Shown here: positions 36,136-49,344 of the stretch, in pieces
Layout: each line of letters begins with the position of its first letter
Position numbering within the stretch: the first letter of the stretch is position 1
Source of the DNA: Squalus acanthias
Taxonomy: Eukaryota
Length of the DNA: 64,000 nucleotides
Direction: 5' to 3'
NCBI GenBank assembly: GCA_030390025.1
Contig: CM059432.1
Span: 146,260,001-146,324,000 of the forward strand
Program-made: the position numbers and the translations under genes
Notes under the pieces: generated by a model
Databases searched by the model: none
The model's input: only the letters and a program-made list of their open reading frames with translations
What the model was told of the DNA's origin: nothing

Positions 36136-37699
36136 CGATGTTATAGGTGCAGGTACTCCACCATCCCCAGCCCAAGGGAAACCCTGGAAACTTCAGAGCA
36201 ACTCTACCTTTTTACTCTCTTTTACACCTGGGAGCAAATTGTTGCTCTGCTGCATTGGAGTGGAAAATCAACTCCATTCTGTGAGGAAGAGTTGCATTTT
36301 AGAGAAGAGGTTCAGCTGCAGGTGGAGTATGCCACATGTGATATGTTTCATCATGATAGTCTCTCAGAGAAGAAATACTAGTGCGAATATTGGACAGCTC
36401 TCTGTCCCTCAGTATTATCAGTTAGTGAGAAATTGAAGCTCATAAATGACATGGTTCCACCCACTAAAGTCAGAAAGTGGAGGAATTTGTGCTCCCGGCA
36501 AGGAGCTACACCTGTGGGGAGTGTATTATCAAGAAATCATGCAGGGTACAGACCTGATCCATTAACTTGCCATGAGCACAATATATCAACTGTTACAGGT
36601 GGAAAATCATGGGGAGTGCACCCAGGATTTCTTAATATGCACTCTTGGTGGTCGAGGTCTCCTCCCAGGCCAGTATCGCAACCTTGTAATATTTTTCCCG
36701 TAGTGAACTATATACAAACAGCAAGGACTGTGCATGTGTGGGTGAGAAATATACCAAGTATAATTAACTACACTGAAATGATTTTTGAGAAATGATTAGA
36801 TGGCTTGTGATCCTCACATTCAAAAAAAGAACCCAAATCATTGCAATTTCATTTCTATCCATACTCCTCTAACATATTTCATACAAAAACAATTTCATTT
36901 ACAAACCGATCCATCTTTCATTTTTTTGTTAAATGCCCCATGATCTATTGTGTTGGAGGTCAGGTAATAGGATCCAGACATTTGTGGGGGGGTTATGACT
37001 CTTGAGCATGTGTCAGACCTGGCAGTTCCCAAATGAAGTCATTGTTCTGCAGACAATATTGTCAAACCTCTCCCATGGTTAAACTTGCATCACTTTTGCA
37101 CTCCTCGCATATAGAATGCTGGTTAAGGAAGTGAGCAGTTAAGCCATGTTGTCCAGGGAAGTCCCAGGTGTGATCTTCTGTCTTTGCTGAGCTAGCTTGT
37201 CATAGTCAAGAGAAGCTAGGGCACTACAATTAGATTCAGCATTGCTGATTATGAATTGGAACAGTGACCAGTGTTCTTGCTCTTGACTGCTATACAGCAA
37301 TCCCTGCAACATTGATCCATATGTCCTGCCCAGCCAATTATCCACTTTATTTTCTGTAAAATTCTCTAAACCAATAATTTATTAAAGTTGACAAACCATG
37401 AATCCTTTCAGGTGCCGGTAAATTGTCTTTTTGTCCCGTTGTGGATAACAAATCACAACTAATTGGTTTAATAATTCCGTCGCCGTGGTAATGGGTTTCC
37501 ATGCATGTCAGACATGCCACTGACCTTACAATGGGCAGATTTCAAAATAATAGATGGAAATCAGTAAATACCTCAATGATAAAAGATAACAGGCATCATT
37601 TGATTTGATTATTATAGATGGCTTTCTGCAAAATAATGGCGTTGATTTTATCTCTCTGGTGGGAACACAGCTAAGCAAGCAACCAACCCGTCCAGGAGC

Positions 37700-38296
37700 A
37701 ACAACAACAACAACAACTTGTATTTATATAGCGCCTTTAACATAGTAAAACGTCCCAAGGCGCTGCACAGGAGTATTTTAAGACAACAAATTTGACACCG
37801 ATCCACATAAGGATACATTAGGACAGATGACCAAAAGCTTGGTCAAAGAGGTAGGTTTTAAGGAGCGTCTTAAAGGAGGAAAGAGAGGTAGCGAGGCGGA
37901 GAGGTTTAGGCAGGGAATTCCAGAGGTTAGGACCTAGGCAACAGAAGGCACGACCACCAAAGGTTGAGCGATTATAATCAGGGATGCTCAAGAGGGCAGA
38001 ATTAGAGGAGCGCAGATATCTCGGGGGGGTTGTGGGGCTGGAGGAGATTACAGAGATAGGAAGGGGCGAGGCCATGGAGGGATTTGAAAACAAGGATGAG
38101 AATTTTGAAATCGAGACGCTGCTTAACCGGGAGCCAATGTAGGTCAGCGAGCACAGGGGAGATGGGTGAACGGGACTTGGTGCGGGTTAGGACATGGGCA
38201 GCCGAGTTTTGGATGACCTCAAGTTTACGTAGGGTAGAATGTGGGAGGCCAGCCAGGAGTGCATTGGAATAGTAAAGTCTAGAGGTAACAAAGGCA
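37700..38296 (-). mobile_element. L2-clade LINE 3' fragment
   Basis: GGRAFCCLGPNLWNSLP...FKTLLKTYLF; (GTT)n tail. Confidence 0.85.
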
Positions 38297-38913
38297 ACTG
38301 GGAAGCTCGGCTGATTTTAACGGTTAGACCTCATTAGCATGCCACTTGCTGACTTCCCGACCAAAAGGGCTGGGAAATCAGTGGGAATTGGCTTCCCGGC
38401 CATTACAATTGAGTGGCTCAGAGGCCACCGGCGGAGACCTGCAGGAACGGTCACCAGCAGTAGGTAAGTGGGTGCAAGGGCTTGAAGAGGGGAACCATGG
38501 TCGGGGGAGGGAGGCAGGGGCGGCCCAAGGTTTCCTTGTGGGGCCCAGAGGGAAAAAAAAATTCCCGGTAGGTTTGGCCTCACAGGGAAGCCATGACTGC
38601 TCTCCTATTCAGGCCTCAAATAAAAATAGGAGTCAGGCTCCGATTATGTCATTGGAGCCTGATCTGCACATTTTGGCTGGGCGTCTTTACCACCTGTCAT
38701 TTAAAATTGCAGATGACCAGATTTGGACAGGAACGAAGTGGGTAGGTCCTGTAAGCCTCGCTGTCCAATTCTCAGGCTTGTAGTTCATTTTGACCCTCGA
38801 ATTACAAGGGAAATAATTAATGAATCACCCAAAAGCTCTTAAGTTAAATAAGGTCATTTATAAAAGGAAAAGAAGAAGAGAGAAAAGAAAACTAAAACGC
38901 TTATAGATTTAAA

Positions 38914-39377
38914 TGGCAATACAATGCCCTTCTTACTCTATCTGGCAATACAATGTCCTTCTTACTCTAGCTGGCAATACAATGTCCTTCTCACTCTACC
39001 TGGCAATACAATGTCCTTCCTACTCTACCTGGCAATACAATGTCCTTCTCACTCTACCTGGCAATACAATGCCCTTCCTACTCTACCTGGCAATACAATG
39101 TCCTTCTTACTCTACCTGGCAATACAATGTCCTTCTTACTCTACCTGGCAATACAATGTCCTTCTTACTCTACCTGGCAATACAATGCCCTTCCTACTCT
39201 ACCTGGCAATACAATGTCCTTCTCACTCTACCTGGCAATACAATGTCCTTCTTACTCTACCTGGCAATACAATGTCCTTCTCACTCTACCTGGCAATACA
39301 ATGTCCTTCTTACTCTACCTGGCAATACAATGTCCTTCCTACTCTACCTGGCAATACAATGTCCTTCTTACTCTACT
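38914..39377. repeat. 29-bp minisatellite, 16 copies
   Basis: TGGCAATACAATG(T/C)CCTTC(T/C)(T/C)ACTCTACC, starts every 29 bp from 38914 to 39349. Confidence 0.97.
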
Positions 39378-40289
39378 CTTAGCAATAAAGATGCTCCAGC
39401 AATACAATGCCCAATATGTTCTAAGTAAATGGTCATACAATCACGACGAAATAGCCAGCTCCTGTTGATTGCAGCTCGCTCCTTTCGACGATCGGTCGGG
39501 TTCGTTTCTTGTTGACTGCAGCTCTCCTTCCGACTCCTTGACTGCTGTAACGAAGTTACCTTAACAGCTTCTTTTATATCTTTTCCTTTCAATGGTGGAG
39601 AGGATGTTACATCGCCGAGGCTTCATTGACCTATTGATGATAGCCTTAGATCATGATAACCAATAATATATCACAGCTTTTGTGTAAAACTTAAAGTTAA
39701 AGCCTGCATGATCTTAAACCTCCTTTTCAGTAAATTTCCATCATGTGAAGACCTCAGTAACAGTTGATTGGCTGGATAGCTCACGCAAATCTCAACCATC
39801 TAGCTGGCAAACTTTCTGATAAGGATTGTTTATTGAAGAGGCCCATTGAGTTCTGTGTTATCTCGTCAAGGCCTAATCCCTCATTGTTTACACAGACGTC
39901 TCCTTCAGCTACACAACGTCCTTGTTCCTTCTTGATCGCACCTTCTGGTTTCGCTGCTTTGCCACAGTTCAGCAGGTTTTAATTTTAAAGCAAGCTTTTC
40001 CCCCATCAGCATTGTTCCCAGCTTCCCAAAGCATGCTGGTTGAATGTCCAGCGTGAAAATTGTGTCAAAAAGGACTTCTCTTCCTTACAGTCCCCCGTTC
40101 CATTTTAACTGCCCCCATCCGGTTTCTGCTGGGAGGTGGTTAGAATTCCCCCAATATATCATTAACTATTGATCTCAACTAAAGGCAATGAAGCTGCTAT
40201 CAAAGCAGCTAAAAAGGACAGTGGATAGCTGTGGTAGCAATTGCAAGATCTGTTTCAGCCATTTAGCAGTTAGAGAACCATTAAGGAAT

Positions 40290-40925
40290 GTATAGGCTAT
40301 TCAAAGATTCCTCATGGAAGATTTAGGTGGACTCCCAGGATATGGCAGAGGTTTAAAATTGCTACTTTGCATCATGCTTCACGACAGAAGACAATGTTGA
40401 GTTACCAATAATACATTGTAAGGTTGACACAAAAATTGAAAGTGTCAAAGTGAATGCAGATATAGATCTGGCTAGAAGAAAGTCTCAAAGGGGATTGGGA
40501 TACTGGTCCGAACAGCATTCACCTGAGGGGGTTCTAAGAAATAGGAGTTGTGCTCTACGATGACCTTGCTCATATATTTAACAGCTTGCTAGGGTTTGGG
40601 ATTGTTCTGATGAATTGGTGGCCCATGTGGTACCAATATTCCAAAAGGGCAATAAGTCTGAACTGGCCCTTAGCTTGACCGGTTTTAGGCAAGTTGCTAG
40701 AAGGGATCATTAGATGTACACTGTATGACCACATTGACAGAGAAGTGTTATTGGAGACTCTCAAAATGACTTCTGTAAAAGAAGATCATGTCTTAGCAAC
40801 TTGGCTGAATTTTTTAAGGAAGTTACTAGGTTGCTGGATGCTGGTAGCTCAATTGACATTGTACACCTTGATTTTTGAAAAGCCTTTGACAAGGTGCCAC
40901 ACAATAGGTTGCTTAATTAGAACCG
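40290..40925 (+). mobile_element. Highly degenerate CR1 ORF2 fragment
   Basis: VVPIFQKG, DFxKAFDKVPH remnants. Confidence 0.65.
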
Positions 40926-42317
40926 CAGTAGGATTGGAGAGCACATCCTGGGTTGGATGAGGAATTGGTTGCATTCTCCCGGGTTTCCCGACCACTTTCT
41001 AGCGCTCCCCCCCCCTCCCCCCACCCCCCCCACTCCTGCTCCCGACCTGCCTCTGGATTAAAATTCCGGACAATGCGTCTCCGAGTCACTATTAGCTCCT
41101 GGAAACTCTTTGGGGTTTCCAATTTTTTTCTTCTTTAAATTGTCCTAGTGTTCTCTGTTTTTTGCCTCTCCCAGCAAATTGTTTGGCTTGCTGGTGGGTT
41201 TGCACAGATGGGGGGCATGCATGCACCATTTCAGTATGGAACAAGCTTAATGGCCTATCTGGTCTTTTGCTGTCTGTCATTTTTTGTATGCTTTTACATG
41301 ACCAGGACTGGTTCTGTATTGACCATCCTTGCGGCACCAAGAGTTACAAATACCATAATGACAGAGTGTCTCCCACCTCACTGCATATATTTCTTCATGT
41401 TTCCATAAGTCTGAAGTATAAATTTAATTCCCATTGTGAAGGTTCACCAGACTAATTCCTGGGATGGCAGGACTGTTGTATGAGGAGAGATTGGGTCGAC
41501 TAGGCCTGTATTCACTAGAGTTTAGAAGAATGAGAGGGGATCTCATTGAAACGTATAAAATTCTGACAGGGCTAGACAGACTGGATGCAGGGAGGATGTT
41601 TCCCCTGGCTGGAGGGGTCTAGAACGAGGGGTCACAGTCTCAGGATATGGGGTAGGATATTGAGGACTGAGATGAGGAGAAATTTCTTCACTCAGAAGGT
41701 GGTGAACCTGTGTCATAGAGTCATAGAGTTATACAGCAGAGAAAGAGGCCCTTCGGCCCATCGTGTCTGTGCCGGCCATCAAGCCCTATCTATTCTAATC
41801 CCATTTTCCAGCACTTGGTCCATAGCCTTGTATGCTATGGCGTTTCAAGTGCTCATCTAAATGCTTCTTGAATGTTGTGAGGGTTCCTGCCTCCACCACC
41901 CTTTCAGGCAGTGAGTTCCAGATTCCAACCACCCTCTGGGTGAAAAAGTTTTTCCTCAAATCCCCTCTAAACCTCCTGCCCCTTACCTTGAAACTATGCC
42001 CCCTGGTTATTGACCCCTCTACTTAGGGGAAAAGTTCCTTTCTATCTACCCTATCTATGCCCCTCATAATTTTGTACACCTCAATCAGGTCCCCCCTCAG
42101 TCTTCTCTGCTCGAAGGAAAACAACCCCAGCCTGTCCAGTCTCTGTTCATAGCTGAAACGCTCCAGCCAGGTAACACCCTGGTGAATCTCCTTTGCACCC
42201 TCTCCAATGCAATCACATCCTTCCTATAGTGTGGCGACCAGAACTGCACACAGTATTCCAGCTGTGGCCTAACTAGCGTTTTGTACAGCTCCATCATAAC
42301 CTCCCTGCTCTTATATT

Positions 42318-42684
42318 AAATTTTCCCAGTAAAAAAGTAAAAAAATGTTAAAGCTTTTCGTTTTACATACAGACGGCAGCTTTTGACACGTTAGAACCCC
42401 TGCGACTACACCTCATTGTTTCAGTTGTATCTTGCTATGTCTTTGATGTGGTACCTTCCTGGCTGACTTAATTAACTTTATCACACCTCGGCAGATAGTC
42501 AGGATGATTTAATTTATTGGTCTGCAATTGTAAAGTACACATTCTTTGTTTTCCATCTATATATGCTTTGGAGATTCTGTATCTAATTTACTTCACCTGA
42601 GGAAGGAGCAAATCGATAGCTCCGAAAGCTTGTGATTTCAAATAAAACTGTTGGACTATAACCTGGTGTTGTGCGACCTCTCAA
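42318..42684 (+). mobile_element. Penelope-like 3' fragment inserted in CR1
   Basis: TSD TCTTATATT (42309-42317, 42685-42693); homologous to 6361-6590. Confidence 0.8.
42593..42635 (+). ncRNA. Minimal type I hammerhead ribozyme motif
   Basis: UCAC-CUGAGGA-A-GGAGC-AAAUCGAUA-GCUCC-GAAAG-CUU^GUGA. Confidence 0.75.
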
Positions 42685-44879
42685 TCTTATATTCTATGCC
42701 TCGGCTAATGAAGGCAAGTATCCCATATGCCTTCTTAACCACCTTATCTACCTGTCCTGCTGCCTTCAGGGATCTATGTACATGCACACCAAGGTCCCTC
42801 TGATCCTCTGTCCTTCCTAGGGTCCTACCATTCATTGTGTATTCCCTTGCCTTGTTAGTCTCCCAAAATGCATCACCTCACACTTTTCAGGGTTAAATTC
42901 CATTTGCCACTGTTCTGCCCATCTGACCAACCCGTCTATATCGTCCTGTAGCCTGAGGCTTCCCTCCTCGCTATTTACCACCCCACCAATTTTCGTGTCA
43001 TCTGCGAACTTACTGATCATACCTCCAACATTCATATCTAAATCATTAATGTACACTACAAACAGCAAAGGACCCAGCACCGATCCCTGCGGTACACCAC
43101 TGGACACAAGCTTCCAGTCACAAAAACAACCTTCGACCATCACGCTCTGCCTCCTGCCACTAAGCCAATTTTTGATCCAATGTGCCATATTGCCCTGGAT
43201 CCCATGGGCTCTTACCTTCTTGACAAGTCTCCCATGCGGGACTTTGTCAAAAGCCTTACTGAAGTCCATGTAGACTACATCAACTGCACTACCCTCATCC
43301 ACACACCTAGTCACCCCCTCGAAAAATTCAATCAAATTGGTTAAGACATGATCTCCCCCTGACAAAGCCATGCTGACTATTCTTGATTAATCCTTGCCTC
43401 TCCAAGTGGAGACTAATTCTGTCCCTCAGAATATTTTCCAATAATTTCCCTACCACTGATGTTAGGCTCACTGGCCTGTAATTCCCTGGTTTATCCCTAC
43501 TACCCTTCTTGAGTAATGGTACTACGTTAGCTGTCCTCCAGTCCTCTGGTACCTCCCCTGTGGCCAGAGAGGTTCTGAAAATTTGTGTCAGAGTCCCTGC
43601 AATCTCCTCCCTTGCCTCACACAGCAGCCTGGGATACATCTCGTCTGGGCCTGGGGATTTATCCACTTTTAAGCCCGCTAAAACCACTAGTACCTCCTCC
43701 CTCTCAATGCTAATTTGTTCAAGTATATCACAATCCCTCTGTCTGATTTCTATGCGTACATCGTCCTTCTCCACAGTGAACACAGATGCAAAATATTCAT
43801 TTAAAACCTCACCTACATCTTCTGGCTCTACACACAGATTGCCACTTTGGTCCCTAATGGGTCCTACTCTTTCCCTGGTTATCCTCTTGCCCTTAATATA
43901 CTTATAAAACACCTTGGGATTTTCCTTTATTTTGCCCGCCAGTGTTTTTTCATGCCCCCTCTTCGCTCTCCTAATTTCTTTTTTAGTACCCCCCTGCATT
44001 TTCTATACTCCTCTAGGGCTTCCACTGTTTTTAGTCCTTTGTATCTGCCAAAAGCCTCCCTTTTTTTCCTAATCCATTCTTGTATATCCCTTGACATCCA
44101 GGGTTCCCTGGACTTGTTGGTCCCACCCTTGACCTTTACGGGAACATGTTGGCGTTGTACTCTCTCTATTTCCTTTCTGAATGACTCCCATTGCTCTGAT
44201 GTGGATTTTCCTACAAGTAGCTGATCCCAGTCCACTTTGGCCAGATCCTGCCTTATCATATTAAAATCGGCCTTCCCCCAATTTAGAATTCTCTACCACA
44301 GAAGGCTGTGGAGGCCAAGTCACTGAATATATTTAAGAAGGAGATAGATAGATTTCGAGACACAAAAGGCGTCAAGGGGTATGGGGAGAGAACGGGAATA
44401 TGGTATTAAGATAGAGGATCAGCCATGATCATATTGAATGGCGGAGCAGGGTCGAAGGACCGAATGGCCTACTCCTGCTCCTATTTCTCTATGTTTCTAT
44501 AGACAAAACAATAGAATATAAGTCAGAAAAAGTCAGATTGTACCTTGAAGTAGTGTTTCCAATTCTGGTTACCAGGACACAAGGGAGACTTTGATGTCTT
44601 GGAGGCAGTGCAGAGAAGAGCCACATGGAGGATTCCCAGTGTCAGGGGTCTGAGTTATGAGGAAAGACTGGAGAAACTTTGGCTTTTCAGCCTAATTAGG
44701 TATCTAATTGGGAAATCACAGGTGCACTGTCTTTAATTCTCCATTCAAAGCTAGAACTTTTCTTGCACCTTGACACACTGACAACGGTGGCACCCAAAAC
44801 ATCATTCTAATAAAACCTAGCTGCATGATGCATATGTATGTGCACGCACCTATAAAGGGATCCGGATGAGGTACTCTTC

Positions 44880-45265
44880 CACCTTGGCTCTGTTAGAGCT
44901 CGGAAATTTATGGGCTCAACATCCACTACACACTTGAGCACATGATTTAGGCTGACCTTTCAGTGCAGTGCTGAGGGAGTGCTGCCTTATCAGAGGCACC
45001 TTCTTTTTGATGAAATGTGGAACTAAGACCCTATCTGCCTGTTCAGGTGGACGTGAAAGATTCCATGGTATTATTTAAAGAAGAGCAGGGAGGTGCCCTG
45101 GCCACTGTTCCTTCCACCACCAGCACTTTCAATAACAAATTATATGGCCATTTGCTGCTTTGTGGAACTTTGCTGTGCATAAATTGGCTGCTGCATTTGC
45201 CTACATAACAACAATAAATGCACTTGAAAAGCAATCCATTGGTGTAAAGTGTAAAGTGCTTTTGG
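44880..45265 (+). mobile_element. Degenerate DeuSINE (SacSINE1-like)
   Basis: Homologous to 52628-53105 (CAGTGCAGTGCTGAGGGAG...GCTGTGCATAAATTGGCTG). Confidence 0.7.
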
Positions 45266-45324
45266 GAGGGGGGAAGGGAGAGGGGAGAGGGGAGAGGGGG
45301 AGGGGGGAGGAGGGGAGAAAGAGG

Positions 45325-46530
45325 AAGATCGAGAAAGCAATAGTGATAGGAGATTCAATAGTTAGAGGAACAGACAGGCGTTTCTGTGGCCGCAGATGTG
45401 ATTCCAGGATGGTACGATGCCTCCCTGGTGCCAGGGTCAAGGATGTCACTGAGCAGCTGCAGAACATTCTGAGAGGGGAGGGTGAACAGCCAGAGGTCGT
45501 GGTCCATATCAGTATCAACGACATAGGTAGAAAGAGGGATGAGGTCCTGCAGGCAGATTTTAGGGAGCTGGGAAAGAGATTAAAAAGCAGGACCTCAAAG
45601 GTAGTAATCTCCACGAGCTAGTGAGTATAGAAATAGGAGGATAGAGCAGATGAATGCGTGGCTGGAGAGATGGTGCAGGAGGGAGGGCTTTAGATTCCTG
45701 GGACATTGGGACCGATTCTGGGGGATGTGGGACCTGTACAGGCTGGATGGGTTGCACCTCAACAGAGCCGGGACCAATATCCTCGTGAGGGGTTTGCTAG
45801 TGCTGTTGGGGAGGGTTTAAATTAATTTGGCAGGGGGATGGGTGCCAGGATGTAGCATTAGAAAGGAGAAACAAGGTGCACAAAGGATTGGGAGAGACAG
45901 ATAGCACTAGAGTAAGAAATAGTACGGTATTAGGTGGGGTCAGACTGAAAGAATACAAGAAGGTCTAAAATAGGTTTACAGTTCATGTGTGTAAACGCAC
46001 AAAACGTGTTGAATAAGGTTGGTGAGCTGCAGGCGCAAATAGCGAAATTGGAATATGATGTTGTGGCAATAACGGAGACCTGGCTCAAAAAAGGGCAGGA
46101 TTGGGTATTAAATATTCCTGGATATAAGGTGTTTAGGGAAGGAAAGAAAGGAGGTGGGGTGGCAGTATTGATTAAGGAGAATATTACAGTGCTGGAGAGG
46201 GAGGATGTCCTGGAGGGGTTAAGGACAGAATCTATTTGGTCAGGGTTAAAAAATAATAGAGTTGCCATTACACTACTAGGTGTATTCTATAGGCCACCAA
46301 CTAGTGGGAAGGAAGAAGAGGAGCAAATTTTCAGGGAAATTACAGAGAGGGGCAAGAGCTATAGAGTAGTGATAATGGGAGACTTCAATTATCCAAATCT
46401 GGACTGGGATAGTAATAGTGTAAAGAGCAGAGAGCGGGAAGAATTTCTGAAGTGTGTTCAGGAGAACTTTCTTGATCAGTATGTTTCCGGCCCAACAAGG
46501 AAGGAGGCATTGCTGGATCTGATTCTGGGG
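45325..46530 (+). mobile_element. CR1 fragment: ORF1 SGNH-esterase domain and ORF2 APE endonuclease
   Basis: VIGDSIVRG...CLPGARV...INDIG...DGLHLN; then NAQ, VAITETW, YRPP, MGDFNYP, LDLIL. Confidence 0.88.
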
Positions 46531-47075
46531 AACACCATCTACAAGGCACAAGTCAGGAGTGTGATGGAATACTCTCCACTTGCCTGGATGAGTGCAGCTC
46601 CAACAACACTCAAGAAGCTCAACATCATCCAGGACAAAGCAGCCCGCTTGATTGACACCCCATCCACCACCTTAAACATTCACTCCCTCCACCACCGGCG
46701 TACCGTGGCTGCAATGTGTACCATCTACAAGATGTACTGCAGCAACTTGCCAAGGCTTCTTCGGCAGCACCTCCCAAACACGCGACCTCTACCACCTAGA
46801 AGGACAAGGGCAGCAGGCGCATGGGAACACCACCGACCTCCAAGTTCCCCTCCAAGTCACACACCATCCTGACTTGGAAGTATATCGCCGTTCCTCATCG
46901 TCGCTGGGTCAAAATCCTGGAACTCTCTCCCTAACAGCACTGTGGGATTACCTTCACCACAGGGACTGCAGCGGTTCAAGAAGGCGGCTCACCACCACCT
47001 TCTCAAGGGCAATTAGGGATGGGCAATGAATTCTGGCCTTGCCAGCGACATCCACATCCCAGGAATGAATTTTTA
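46531..47075 (+). mobile_element. LINE-B 3' fragment abutting the CR1 endonuclease
   Basis: TIYKAQVRSVMEYSPLAW; shared tail. Confidence 0.9.
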
Positions 47076-47249
47076 GAAAAATAGTGCGGAGGTCAGGCGG
47101 TGCAGAGTGTGGCATGAGGTGCTGAAGGAGTTGGAGTGAAGTGTTCTTCAGTGAATAGGAGAGTGGGGAAGGGAAGGATAGTGAGTGCTGGGACTTCAGG
47201 TATTGCATGGTTATTCAGAGCGTGATGCGATATCGGAATTAGGAGTCTT

Positions 47250-47570
47250 ATCTTACCTGGTCAGGTCATTAAACTTCTTCCTACATTGGAGCCAGGTCGG
47301 TGGGGCAATGCTCCTAGTGGCAACATCCTCCATCTACTGTGCCTACTGCTGTTGAGCAGCTTGTCGGGATATCTTCCTGCCACTTGGTAGGAAGAGAACA
47401 TCCATCCTCCTGCTGCCCTCATTCATCAGGACCTCCATTGCAGTGTTGGAAAAGCGAGGTGTCCTTGCAGTATCTGCTTCTCCTGCCATTTCTTCAGCTG
47501 CCTTCAGGTTCTCTTCAGATGAAGTGCACCTCCCCTTTAAGAAGTGCAGGCTGCCTTTAAATAGCAGCAA
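47250..47570 (-). pseudogene. Old Harbinger Myb/SANT exon-1 remnant
   Basis: MAGEADTARTPRFSNTAMEVL...; WLQCRKKFNDLTR followed by donor-like GTAAG. Confidence 0.7.
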
Positions 47571-48705
47571 GAACGCCAGAAATTGAAGGCCCCGATTAAG
47601 TGATCTGCCAACCAACATTGCTTTGAGGACTGCTGATCTGTGCAATATCCTGTCCTGATCTTCTGATCAGCTTGCAGTACTAGGACCAATATGGGTTGGG
47701 GGTTTGTCGTGAACGCATAATAAGAGCTGACTCTTGAAAATCTTGGGACAATGCACCTGCTGAAAACCAGTGTCTGTTATATGGATGTTTTGCAGGTTTT
47801 TGTGGTCCAGCAGATACATTTGTAAGTGTTTCTTTATGATATTGGAAACATGATTTGGTACTTGTCTAGTAACAAATATTTCCTCCATGTTCTGATCCAA
47901 AAGGCAAATCAAAATCCAACTGCCAAAACTCTCCAAAAAAAAGTCAAAATCCAACTAAGAGGATACCTAAAAATGCCTGTGTCTTTTAGCAACGGCATGC
48001 ATGCAAAACCTTTAATGCCTCACATGAAAGGGTGGAAGTAACACTTGGAAGAACTCCGTCTGAAGATCTGGAAATAGTTTTGGATATTAAGGTGCTTTTA
48101 TGATTCAGAACAAGACTAGTTATTCATAGAACATGCCAGGACATGCTGTTTGTTAGCTCTGCTCGATGTACAATTCTATTCTTGTGAAGTAAAAGGGATA
48201 AAGAGATATGGGAACAGAGTAGGCACATGGTATTAAGATTACTCCTCCAATGAAGGATAAACGCCAACAGTGATTGGTTTGGGTCAAACAGACTGTTTCC
48301 TTGTTGTAATTTTGATATAATTTAAAAAATACATTCTTGGTTAAACAAACAATGCAGACAACAACTATAGGGCACTTTTTCCTGTTTGTGCACCTGGGAG
48401 TATCAGATTGCCTTGGCTCAGTGCATAGAGGTAATTCAGGCAGAGAGGAACACAGGCCTGTAATGGAGTCTGTCCAATTGTCTGTCCTCAATGTGTCCAA
48501 CTCCCTGTTTAAATTTAGCAAAACACACAATGGGTTGTGCAACAGCGAGGAGCATCTGTGAAGTGAAGCATTTTGCGCTCTCTTTTTAAAGGGGTAGGAG
48601 TTGAAAATATTCAAAAAAAGTTAAATGCAAGTGTATGTAATGAATACTTAACGGCTTGGATCACCTTGGGTGACTAACAGAGTTGCTTGTGTTGACCACA
48701 GTTTT

Positions 48706-49270
48706 ATCATAGAATCATAGAAAGTTACAGCACGGAAGGAGGCCATTTCAGCCCATCGTGTCTGCACCAGCCAACAAAGAGCTATCCAGCCTAATCCCAC
48801 TTCCCAGCTCTTGGTCCGTAGCACTGCAGGTTACAGCATCCCAAGTGCACATCCAAGTACTTTTTAAATGTGGTTAGGGTTCCTGCCTCTACCACCCTTT
48901 CTGGCAGTGAGTTCCAGACCCCCACAACCCTCTGGGTGAAGAAATTTCCCCTCAAATCCCCGTCTAAACCTTCCCCCAATTACTTTAAATCTGTGCCCCC
49001 TGGTTTTTGACCCCTCTGCTAAGGGAAATAGGTCCTTTCTATCCACTTTATCTATGCCCCTCATAATTTTATACACCTCAATAAGGTCTCCCCTCAGCCT
49101 CCTCTGTTCCAAGGAAAACAGAACCAGCCTATCCAGTCTTTCCTCATAGCTAAGATTCTCTACTCCCGGCAACATCCTTGTAAATCTCCTCTGTACCCTC
49201 TCTAGTGCAATCACATCTTTCCTGTAATGTGGTGACCAGAACTGCACGCAGTATTCTAGCTGAGGCCTTA
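48706..49270 (-). mobile_element. CR1 3' fragment with (CATAGAAT)n tail
   Basis: RPQLEYCVQFWSPHYRKD. Confidence 0.92.
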
Positions 49271-49344
49271 ATTTGTGAACTTTATTTTTCTCAAGTGCCA
49301 TGAGATGTACTGATTTGAGAATAGTGATGGCAAAGTATACTAAC

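Larger units (their letters stand above)
41713..44285 (-). mobile_element. CR1 (different subfamily), ~2.2 kb of ORF2 and 3' UTR
   Basis: KSPGPD, YRPVSLTS, DFSKAFDKVPH, GVPQGSVLGP, FADD; (CATAGAGT)n tail. Confidence 0.93.
41443..44500 (+). mobile_element. CR1 3' fragment split by a nested CR1 (41443-41712 and 44286-44500)
   Basis: ...GTGAACCTGTG | GAATTCTCTACCACAG rejoin into VVNLWNSLP. Confidence 0.88.

Noticed and set aside
38913..39468. Three overlapping repetitive ORFs; CRISPR-like periodicity
   Set aside because: 29-bp head-to-tail minisatellite with no unique spacers, no cas genes, eukaryotic context
39559..39630. Minus-strand exon-like segment ending AAG|GTAAC
   Set aside because: Weak acceptor and stop codons in all three frames
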